DNA of 64,000 bases, taken from the NCBI GenBank assembly GCA_043228905.1, contig JBHGNT010000014.1, positions 16,244,001-16,308,000 of the forward strand, read 5' to 3'. Source of the stretch: Azolla caroliniana. Its lineage: Eukaryota; Plantae; Polypodiophyta. A program made the position numbers and the translations under genes. Of the stretch, positions 21,780-33,096 are shown one piece after another. The notes under the pieces are model-generated. The model was not told the origin of the DNA, ran no database searches, and worked only from the letters and a program-made list of their open reading frames with translations. Position 1 is the first letter of the stretch; each line of letters opens with the position of its first letter.

Positions 21780-22216
21780 TGTAAAGATTAAGATGCAGAA
21801 GCTTAATAGACACAACCGGTTACAGCTGGATAGCAATTGAAAACGGTAAACAGAGAGAACAATGGAGAGATACAGAGAGAGTACATGGGAGAAACAGAGA
21901 GAGCAGAACACACACAATTTCTCTTTCAAAATAATACTCTGTTTGTACATACAAGTGTGCTCAGTGAGCACTTTTATACAAGTCCTTAAAAGGACTGACA
22001 GAAGTACTGACATGTACTTCAATGCTCATAACTGAGCAACTAACACTAACTCCTAAAAATATGCCTATCTACTAGGCTAGGATTGTAGGCCTCCAACAGC
22101 CTACCAGCTCTCGTGGATCCGGCTCACTGATCTGACTATCTAATACGGCTCACCGATCTGATTCGACTCTTGGCTTATTTAGCCAATTCGGCCCATGTTG
22201 AGCTTGCTTCTCAACA
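21780..22216 (-). repeat. 5' LTR of element D (~437 bp)
   Basis: TGTTGA...TTTACA on the minus strand; LINE RT sequence resumes at 22217. The partner LTR is not in the window. Confidence 0.75.
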
Positions 22217-24350
22217 ATGTCTGACCATTTCATTTGGGCTAACAACTTGACTTAGCCACAAAAGTTGATGCCAACTATAAGGTGTCGAGGGTAGGAGTTT
22301 GGACTTGTTGAAGTTAACATGCATTTCAACAACTAAGCCATACAATGTGAGGGCATCTATAATGACTCTCATATTATTTGGATTGACCAATTGATACTAG
22401 ATGATCCATGTATAATAGTAGTGGATGAGTTCCAATTGCATACAACAATGCACTTATAGGACAACCTTGTTGTAGTGATTTGGCTAAGCTCCATGAATCT
22501 CTCAATTCACCATCAATAATGCATGAAGATGTGCTACACCCATTTTATGCCAATAGATTACTTGAGACATTTTCGAGCCAAATCCTAGTTTGACCATTGT
22601 AGCTGCCACAAAATCCCATTGGATGGTGTCAAAGGTCTTTTCAATGTCAATTTGCATGATCAATACATCTTGTTTGGTGTATTTGGCATATTGCATTCTA
22701 ATATAGGCATTAGCAATATTACTTGTAATTTGCCTTCGTGGAATGAGCCCATACTGGTTTACGTGTATGCCTCCCAACAAAGTGTCCTTAATATGATTAA
22801 CAATTATCTTTGCAAGAGTGATTGGTCGCCAATCTGAAAAAGATTCACACAATTTCGTTTTGGGTATTAATTTGACCAAACCTTCTTTCCATAAGATAGG
22901 CCTATCCCATTGTTGCCAAGCTTTATTTGCCATATATAAGATTAAATCCTTAAGGACATCCCAAAATTTTGCAATGAACTCTAACGTAATACCATCCCAA
23001 CTAGGCGCTTCGCCTTTCTTGAAACCCTTCCAAGCCTCCAAAAGCTCCTCCATTGTGATTAACAATTATCTTTGCAAGAGTGATTGGTCGCCAATCTGAA
23101 AAAGATTCACACAATTTCGTTTTGGGTATTAATTTGACCAAACCTTCTTTCCATAAGATAGGCCTATCCCATTGTTGCCAAGCTTTATTTGCCATATATA
23201 AGATTAAATCCTTAAGGACATCCCAAAATTTTGCAATGAACTCTAACGTAATACCATCCCAACTAGGCGCTTCGCCTTTCTTGAAACCCTTCCAAGCCTC
23301 CAAAAGCTCCTCCATTGTGATTAACAATTATCTTTGCAAGAGTGATTGGTCGCCAATCTGAAAAAGATTCACACAATTTCGTTTTGGGTATTAATTTGAC
23401 CAAACCTTCTTTCCATAAGATAGGCCTATCCCATTGTTGCCAAGCTTTATTTGCCATATATAAGATTAAATCCTTAAGGACATCCCAAAATTTTGCAATG
23501 AACTCTAACGTAATACCATCCCAACTAGGCGCTTCGCCTTTCTTGAAACCCTTCCAAGCCTCCAAAAGCTCCTCCATTGTGATTAACAATTATCTTTGCA
23601 AGAGTGATTGGTCGCCAATCTGAAAAAGATTCACACAATTTCGTTTTGGGTATTAATTTGACCAAACCTTCTTTCCATAAGATAGGCCTATCCCATTGTT
23701 GCCAAGCTTTATTTGCCATATATAAGATTAAATCCTTAAGGACATCCCAAAATTTTGCAATGAACTCTAACGTAATACCATCCCAACTAGGCGCTTCGCC
23801 TTTCTTGAAACCCTTCCAAGCCTCCAAAAGCTCCTCCATTGTGATTAACAATTATCTTTGCAAGAGTGATTGGTCGCCAATCTGAAAAAGATTCACACAA
23901 TTTCGTTTTGGGTATTAATTTGACCAAACCTTCTTTCCATAAGATAGGCCTATCCCATTGTTGCCAAGCTTTATTTGCCATATATAAGATTAAATCCTTA
24001 AGGACATCCCAAAATTTTGCAATGAACTCTAACGTAATACCATCCCAACTAGGCGCTTCGCCTTTCTTGAAACCCTTCCAAGCCTCCAAAAGCTCCTCCA
24101 TTGTGAATGTTGCATCCAAAGCAATAGCTTTATGAACACAACTAGTGGGTTGAACTAGTGACAAGAATGTATCTATGGCATGTTTAACTGCATCTATAAC
24201 AACTACATTACTCTCAACGATGTGAGAGAAGTGTGTTACACATTACTTGGTTATTTCAAGTCGGTTTTTAATCCACAAACCATCACCAATTTTGATGAAT
24301 TTAATGGATTCCTTTTGGCGTATTAGATGCAACATTTTGAAGAAAGATTT
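22217..24350 (-). mobile_element. Decayed L1-like LINE ORF2 (RT) fragment
   Basis: APSWDGITLEF, LIPK...WRPITL, QYGLIPRRQI, IDIEKTFDTIQWDF, QQGCPISALLY, VNFNKSKL; right boundary approximate. Confidence 0.85.
22794..24106. repeat. Tandem array, 5 x 262 bp, inside the LINE RT
   Basis: Unit starts at 22794, 23056, 23318, 23580, 23842; ORF translations recur every 262 bp; TGA microhomology at the junctions. Confidence 0.95.
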
Positions 24351-27294
24351 AAAAGAGCATTCTTTGTCTTTCAATCCACAAAAGAACCAATATAAGAAAA
24401 GGCCAAGCCACAATAAGATTCATGATAGGAATCTTATCTCAAAATATACATCAAACCCACGATAGAAGATTTGATTTCTATGTACAAAAGTCTAGTTTTC
24501 ACAAGAGAGGGTATTTTTACTAGAGCACTACACTTGATATCAAATGCAAATCTCTCACACCTTAGTTCATGAAAACATATCCTCCCAAGCCAACATGGAT
24601 AGTCAAAATCCCAATCGATTCCTCCTTTGGAGAATGGTGCAAAGATAACATTACTTATGGATTACATGTTGATGAAACTAAACAAGAATTAATCCCAAGA
24701 ATGAGAAAATACTTGGAATTTGATTGTGAATATTCTATGGAAGATAGTAAACTTTTTGGGTGCCAACTTATTCACGATTAGTTATGCAAGCTAAGAAACT
24801 TATTGGATGTGAAACTGTTGACTTGAGGGTCGAGGTGCAAATATATATAAAAACCTCTCACTTCACGTCTAAGGGGGAGACAAATAATGAAAGAATAATC
24901 TAATGCAAAGAGCATTTGATTCACGATTTCTTCTCCAAAGACAAAATATAATGTCCTTCTCTCTAAACGTGATTGAACACACCTCTCTCGTTTATTCAAT
25001 AATGTAAATCACAACTACACGTAACCAAGAATTTTATAAGCATTGGCTCCTTAATGCTTACAACAAACATCAAAGAGAGCGTGGATCATCACCCTTTAAT
25101 GGTGACATCTCTGAACTTTGCCAAAGAGTTTTTTTAAATTGATTAAGCTTTTAGGAGCTATTCCCTCTGGCGATCACAATATAGACATGGAAGAGAAAAC
25201 ACAATAATACCAATTGCTTTTATATAACAAAACAAAGAAGTTGATGTGTATTTACATTTCATAGATGTCAATGCCTTATTACAAAAGGATTTATACTTTG
25301 CATTAACCATGTATTTAAAAAATCTCAACCAATATCTTAACAAATAGATTTACAAGTTTGCCATGGTAACGAAATATTGATGTCTATGTTTCAACAAGCA
25401 TGTTGAAATGATAAATGTAACCATGGCTCATAACCAACACATCATTTCGTATCCAATCTCGTGTTATGCATTTTAATGATGGAGGACGACTTTCAAGATC
25501 ATGTTAATTATTCTCATTGAATTCTAATGTGCAATTTTATGTCAACAGCTTTAGGAACCAGTTTTTCTCTCTCTATTAGGCACATGAATGTTAATGTCAA
25601 AGATTTGCATCACAATTGGATCATAATCATTTGATATCTTTACATTGAATCATCCCACCCCTTTAGTAAAGGCGTGTTTCCCTTGCCACGTTTGTGCATG
25701 CTCTTTTTTCGTATTTTACAGAGGGTAATCCAATCATTTTCACCCTTTTTATATTGTAGAAAATGTGCCAATGGTGTAAATCCTTTTTGTGGGGACTCCA
25801 ACCTCCTTACTTTTACTTTAGAAGATGTATTGCCATGAATCATATTTTTACGAGGAAGCTAGTAAATGCACATGATCCCAAACTAAAATTGTGAAAGAGT
25901 TTCTAAAATGAATGCAACATTTTCGCTGATTGTATTGTAGAAAATGTGCCAATGGTGTAAAACGTTTTGAAGAAATTCCACTTCTCGTGGTTACTTTGGA
26001 AGATGTCATGTCATAAATATTTTCTTACAAGGAAACTAGTAATATGCACATGATCCAAAGCTAAAATTGTGAAAGAGTTTCAAAAATGAATGCAAAAGGA
26101 AGCTTGTTCTTGAGGTTTGAACCCACGACCTCAATATTGTAAACCCCAAGGACTAGCACTCCATGGCAACCTCATGACTTCATCCATGTAAATCGTAAAG
26201 AGACAAAATAACAACCTCAAGAATTTATTGGTATTTCTTTATCTAATGGGTAATTAAATAACAACCAAAATGTCATGTATGACTAACAACACACAAGGAC
26301 AATCGACATTGAGAACATCACGTAACATGATATGGATGTCATAATCATTTCAATCTAGTGTACTCTTTAAGTGGATGGCCCATACTATCAAGTAATTATA
26401 ACCTTTTGTTCTAGTAAAAGCAATTATTGGAAGGTTATACCATTAAAAACTGCGCATGAAGTTTCCGTGCATGAAAAGTCTGAAGGCAATTATTACCCAT
26501 TCATAATAATCTCCCATGAGGTTGCCTAGTGCAATGACAAAAATAATATACACCCTTCCTAATGTTCTACATGAAAATTTCATGAACTTGCATTCACCAC
26601 AATGTTTGGAAAAAGATTACATTAGAACATTAATAAGATTAATGTTCAGCTCACTTTGGAGGAACCATAAAAAATAGCCTACAACTTGTAGCTCCTTATT
26701 GTATTTATCAAGTGAGAGTTAAAAGTTCATCTCATAGAAATGAATGCATGCACACGAAACCCTTTTTTGTTTTTCCATGTTTGGTTCTTTTGCTCTCCCT
26801 TGTTTGATCGACATGGGTAGGAATAAGGTTGTTGGCATTTTGCAAGTGTTGCACGCAGATCGAAGAGAGCACATGTACTTTCCCGGTACTACCTTTCGCA
26901 CTTGAAGGTGTGATTTCTGTCCAATAGGCCTTTTCGGGCCATCAATGAGGCGGGTTGAATACATACACACACGAACTATGCGAAGGGATTTGCATTGAAA
27001 TGGCATGCGTGTGCCCAGCTTGCAGGTTTGTTTTCTTGCGAATGTGGGCAGGATGACATGTGTACATCGTATACAGATAGATACACACACAAAGGAGAGG
27101 AGATTGTGGTCTTGCGGCAACAGAAGTCAGAGTGGCGTGTCCTTGAGCCGGGAAATGGGCCTTTGCCTGACACAGTAGTAGTAACGAGGTCCGGCCAGCC
27201 GGACCCTCGGGTTCTCTCTCTCTTTGCGAGTAGGAGGAGGTGGGATAGGTACCTAAAGGAAACGCTTCATTCCTTCTTTGAACTCTAGACTTGG

Positions 27295-27340
<46 letters not shown>

Positions 27341-28079
27341 AAAGGGATGAGAAGGAGTAGGTAAATAAAAATTTGGACCTTTTCAGTGGCTTACTTTTTC
27401 CCAAGTGTTTGTTGACTACGAAAGCCCAACTGTGGCGCTGACGTGGACGAGGGGCGGAGGGCCCCACGCCGCTGACGCCAGCATCACCTTGCTGACGTCA
27501 CACGTCCCCTCTCCTTTTTTCTTTTCTCTTTGTCCTTCATCCGGGCTTCTTGTTTTTTTTTTATCCCCTCCTTTTTCCTGTCTGTTTTACTTATTTATGT
27601 ACGTGCCTTTTTGTGTTTTTTTTTCTAAATTTACTGCGCTGGTTTTTTTTTCTAAAATTTAAATAGTTTTTTTACTTTCGTTTATTTTTTTGTTGTCTGC
27701 GCGCTTTTCTTTTCATATTTTTCTCTTCCTAATTTTGTTTTTATTAGATTTTTGTTTTTTGGTTGGTGGTGGGGGAAGGGAAGGTGAACTAAAATAAATA
27801 AATAAATATTATATATATACATATATGTACATATATGGTAGACCTTAGGAGCTCCGAACATAATTATTGAAAAGAAGAAGGAGAGAAAATCGAAAGCAAA
27901 TTTAAAAAAAAAAGGGAGGAAAAAAAAAAACGCAAAAGGAAAAAAAAAGAAGACAGCGAAAGAGAAACAAAAACCAAAAAATAAAAAGAGAAAAAACAAA
28001 AAATAGAAGCAGGGAGAGAGAAACAAAATTAAAAAATATATAAATTAAAAAACAATTAAAAAAATGAAATAAACAAATC

Positions 28080-28122
<43 letters not shown>

Positions 28123-28628
28123 ACTGCTCCCTAAATAAATAAATAAATAATGAATTAAGGGGAGACGATTAAAATAAAAAGCAAATCTTACTTAGGAGGG
28201 CAGGGGAGCAGTTTATAACGTGAAACTCTGCAGATTAATCGTGAGCCGTTTGATTTGATTGAATGAACGGAGGGCCGTTGATTGAATGGACGATGGTTGG
28301 GAACGGACGGTCATGCCGGCCCGGACATACATATCCGCTGCCCACTATGGCCGCCAAAAGACCAAAACAAAAAACTCGATGGATATGGGCTGGTTCCTCT
28401 CTATTATTATTAATGAATGAATGGTTTTTTGGCTGGCGTTATAGATGAGCTGGACAGAAAAGCAAAAAACAAAAAACTACGACCGGTTCTTCTCTGTCTC
28501 TGTCTCTGTCTCTTTCTCTGTCTCTCCCCCCCCCCCCCTAATCTCTCTGCTTCTCTCTCTCTCTCTCTCTGCTACAGATTCAGTCACGGCAGGCCCATCC
28601 TTCATCATACACAGATAGATCGCAGATC

Positions 28629-28664
<36 letters not shown>

Positions 28665-28809
28665 GCACAGAGAAAGGAGAAGCTTGAATAATCTTTCATG
28701 TAATATCTGCAGTTAGCTCAGCTTCGATCTCCTCCGCCTCCAATTTTAGAGATCCCTTCCTTTTTTTTTGCTCTGCTCTCTGCTGAATTCTCTACAATCC
28801 CTTATCAGA

Positions 28810-31176
28810 ATGTACACAGCAGCAGCCTCCACTGAGCAGACTCGTGATGATCATACCCACCCCCCTGCTGATCATGCCGCCTCTCATGATTCCATCCTCC
28901 CCCACCATCACGCAGCTTCTGCGATCTATGGCGCGGTGGAGAATAGTAGAGGCAGGGATGGATCCGATGCTATACTCATTGATGGATATGGAGATGGCGA
29001 TGGCGATGGCCAGCAATATGCTCCGCAGGCTCAGAAGATCAAGGAGAAGAAGATGGTCGATTTTCCCACACCCACTGTGCTCAAGAATCTGTTGAAGCTC
29101 GCAAAGCAGCGTCCGATTCAGGCTGCGATGGCGTCCTTAGCGTTTCTGCTGCTCCTGGTGGCCCTAGCATACCAGATGATGGTGGGATCTGTCAACGTGT
29201 GGCCTGATGGGGCCAATCTCCAGGATTTAGCTCAGGTGCAGAGGGAGATTGTCCATGACCTCACATACATCACCAGTGCCACTTTCAGTAAGCTCCAAAC
29301 CCCCATCTCCCCCAAATTCAAATTTCTTTTTTTTCCCGGTTGTCTGCACAGCATTAGGTCAGATCGCTTTTGAACACTGTTGTGAATAACTTAGGATTAG
29401 AACTCAGATTTCAGGGGAGATGGAGATTGGTTTTGAATTCATTCAATCTAATCAAAATGAGGTGGTTGTGATTGTTTTTTCTTTTTCACTTTGCTTCTTC
29501 TTCTTCTTCTTCTTCTTCTTCTTCTTTTGTATGTGTGTGTCTGGAGGTCTTCATGGTCATGGAGATGAATCTGATCTATAAATCTGATGTATTAATCTGA
29601 TGTATGAATCTGATGATGGTGATGGTGATGGTTATGCACAGATTGCTCAGATTTAGGGTTACGGGATACGAAGCATGTGGTGGAGGAGGCACATCACTAC
29701 CATACATTCGATCCAAGAGCTTCGTCTTCATCATCTGCGTCTTGTCAGAGCAAGTATCAGCAGCACTGCTTCCGGACGAACAATGGAGAGAAGCACCAGC
29801 CCCCAACCAAGTTCCTGTATGTGCTGAGGGAATACGAAGCTTACCATGAGAGGTGCACGAAGGGGGTGGACCTAACGGAGCTGGGCATGGCAGGGGAGGT
29901 CCCAGAAGGCTGCAAATACCTGGTATGGAAGGCCATGGATGGGATGGGCAACCAGCTGCTGTCTCTGGTCTGTGCCTTCGTCTACTCCCTCCTCACCAAC
30001 AGGGTCATGCTCATAGCCACCGATTCCCACGTAGACCACCATATCTGCGAGCCCTTCCCGAGGTCTTCATGGCTCCTCCCCGACGCCTTCCCGGAGCCGA
30101 AGCTCCGTATGCAGGCCAAGCGAGTCTTCGCCTACCTGGATGAGGCCCTCGTGGCGGCCTCCTCGCAGAATTCCTCGGCCTGTCCCTCAGGAGGGAGCTG
30201 GAGCCCCATGTCCGTCTCCTCCGCCGAGCTCCCCACCCTACTCTCGCTCGCCCCCGCCCCCAAGCACCTCCAGGTCTACATTGTGTGTTGTGACCAAATG
30301 CGGGACCACCAGTTCTTCTGCCCGACCGCGCAGCGCCTCTTCTCGGCCGTGAACTGGATCTTCTACCACAGCCACGAGTACACGCTCCCCGGGTTCTACT
30401 TCGTCCCCGAGTTCCGGGAGAAGCTCAATGACTGGTTCCCGTCCCACGATGTCTTCATGCATGTCTCGCGGTACCTCCTCAACCCCGTGGATCACTTGTG
30501 GGGTTCCATCACTAAGATCTACAAGGCGGAGCTCGACGGCGTGCCGAGGCGGGTCGGCTTCCAGGCACGCTCGTGGAAAGGGGATTACAACCCTTCGATC
30601 AGCGCCCAGATCTTGCGGTGCGGCATAGACCGGAAGCTCCTCCCCAAGCCGCTACGAGACCAGCAGAAGCCGGCATCATCGGAGGATGCCCCCCCGAGGC
30701 GGCCGGACATATCCGTGCTTGTGACTTCGCTCCGGGCGGAGTACCGGGACAACCTCCATGCGGAGTACGCGAACCACCCGAACGAGGACGGGTCGGAGGT
30801 CACAGTGTGGACGGCCTCCAACGAAGGATGGCAGAAGACGGGGGACACGAGCCACGACGAGACGGCGATCGTCGACATCTGGCTGCTCAGCTTCATGCAA
30901 GAGCTCGTGACCACGCCTTTCTCCACGTTCGGGAGCACGGCCAGCGGGCTGGCCGGGATCGTCCCTATGCTCTTTAACTGGTACGGGGAAAACCGGGTCA
31001 ATGATGCCGCGTGCACGAGGACCAACGCAGGAGGGCCGTGCTTCATCGTGTACCCGAGGAACCAGCCGTGTGACCTCGACCAGGCGCGGGCCAGCATCTT
31101 CGACCCCTTCAATAAGGTCCCCGAGGTCAAGTTCTGCGACTTCAATCCCGGCCTCGGCATCGTGGTGAAGACTTAG
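28810..31176 (+). CDS. GT37-family (xyloglucan/AGP) alpha-1,2-fucosyltransferase-like protein, 2 exons, ~670 aa
   Basis: Exon 1 28810-29287 (GTAAGC donor; TM helix AAMASLAFLLLLVALAY). Exon 2 29642-31176 (CAG acceptor, phase 1 fits; 29651 is an in-frame alternative). Motifs CQSKY, LREYEAYHERC, CKYLVW..GMGNQ, LLTNRV, CEPFP.SSWLLP, VLVTSL, DIWLLS, STFG. Confidence 0.9.
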
Positions 31177-33060
31177 GTATATATAGCTCTGGGCCGGACC
31201 GGATTAGGATTATTTTTTGGATCATTCATATACAATGAAGAAAAGAGATGTTGTACTCAAAATACTTGTATAAAAAGAAGAAGAAGAGCACCAAAGAGTC
31301 TACTACTACCCCAATTCTTTGCAACAACATTCAACATTATTGGATTTACATAACACCAAAACAGAAAAGAAGACACATTTAACATGTCAGTATTCAGCCA
31401 TGAGTAGAGAGAGACAGAGAGACAGAGAGAAAAAAAAAGAGCTACTACACATACCACTCACTCACAATTGCTTGCTTAGTACAGGCAGTATTCATACTGT
31501 CTTTTTTTTCTAGGCTATAAGTCAGAGGCTTTTGTTACAGTCAGAGTATTCATGAAGGAGGGGAGGGGGTGTTGGTGTGCAGTAGTAGCAAGGCCATGAA
31601 TCAGGCCATGGATATGTCTATATATATATATATTATATATATATTATGATTATATCTATATACATACATATCAAGTATTTGATTTTTAGAATAAGACCAC
31701 TCTTGCATGAATAACACAGGATTCTTACTTTCCATTGATTCACACCTCAACCATTTTACTCAAACATACATACATATGTGGATAGAACAATAACAATAAA
31801 AGCAATGGAAATCATGGAACTCTTTAACTCATTTTCCACCTCTCTCACATGTCTTTGTCTGTTTTGATTTTTTACTGAACTAAAACCCATCCCATGTTTT
31901 TTGGTGGTCTCCATGTAAGTACAAGAGTAAGTGCCCAATGATGTACCCATCCACCCCCCCATCATTTGATTTGTGTTGAGACTCGAGAGAAATGTCATGT
32001 CCAAAGCTCCATTGGCATGAGCGTGCACAACACTCTGTGGCATACGATCGGCGATTTTGATTGGTGGTGCTCTTCGTGGAGTTGGGGTGCTCTTAGAAGA
32101 AAACCATCCACGGCCCGCTGAAAGACTAGTATGGTATGGGCGGAGACACATGGAAAACTCGTTCACCATGTTGATATCATGGATGATACAAGCGAAGCAA
32201 TAGTCAATTACAATGGCATGCAAGATTGCTAGAGTAGAACTAGGGAGGCACCATCACCTTGATGATAGTCCGAGCTTTGTTCCATAGGAGTCCTTCATCA
32301 TGATAGGTACTCCCATTTCCTCTTACATCATCTTTGCGATTAACAACAATAAGAACCCAAACATTAATGTTGGTGAGCTTGAATGAGTATCTCGTTAGGC
32401 TTGCATGATATTCCTCACCCACAAACTACCAAAACCTTTTCACTCTAGTTTGGATTGCCCTAGTTTAGGGCCTAATTGAATCAAGTGATAGAAATTTGGC
32501 ATACTAAGGATAAACTTAAATAGAGGCGAGTAGATGGCAAAATATGACATAGATTTTAAAGGAATTTTTGCTTATATGTGTTCAATAGATACATTTACGT
32601 CATATTATTGCATGTGGATACGGCACTTTGTTTTAACAAGGGTTTGGATTGTTGCACAATATTATGTTATTTGAGCACTAAAGAGTTTTTGAGATCGATT
32701 GATTACATGGCAACCATCTTTTTAAGATTCTTCAAATCATTTATAAGGGCCCCTCCTCCCCCACCCTCACAAGACTATCACTCTCTTCTTTCTCCACCAT
32801 TTTGTCCATGTGACACCCCCAAAAGCTTTGCATATGAGAGAGTAAGATATGAGTAGTTGTATGGGAGGGATTAAAGTATGTCTCTCCAAATTTTACAAAG
32901 TTTAGAACGTGGTTGAATTTTTTATTTGTTTGGTGTTCCAACTCGTTGTTTTCAAGAACTATTACGTAATCTTTTCTACTCCATGTTTTTTACATCAAAT
33001 GGGTTTAAGTTATGAAAAATGTTGAAGTCATTATAAAACCGAAGGAGAATCATCGTCATA

Positions 33061-33096
<36 letters not shown>

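Larger units (their letters stand above)
6305..22216 (-). mobile_element. Element D: degenerate Ty1/copia LTR retrotransposon interrupted by C (7380-19053) and A; 3' end outside the window
   Basis: LTR 22216-21780, iMet PBS, gag-PR-INT-RT order. Removing C and one TSD copy restores in-frame MAHHYVYMRKVAKVCEPESYVEA. Confidence 0.92.

Noticed and set aside
22818-24164. Apparent tandem family of small genes
   Set aside because: Artefact of the 262-bp array within a dead LINE RT.
26100-26175. Minus-strand B-box-like GGTTCAAACC suggesting a tRNA or SINE
   Set aside because: No convincing A-box, cloverleaf, tail or TSD; at most an old relic.
27682-28026. Phe-rich 114-aa membrane-like ORF
   Set aside because: Translation of a low-complexity A/T tract.
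31756-32422. 155-aa and 60-aa minus-strand ORFs after the fucosyltransferase gene
   Set aside because: No recognisable motif or exon structure; probably decayed repeat DNA.
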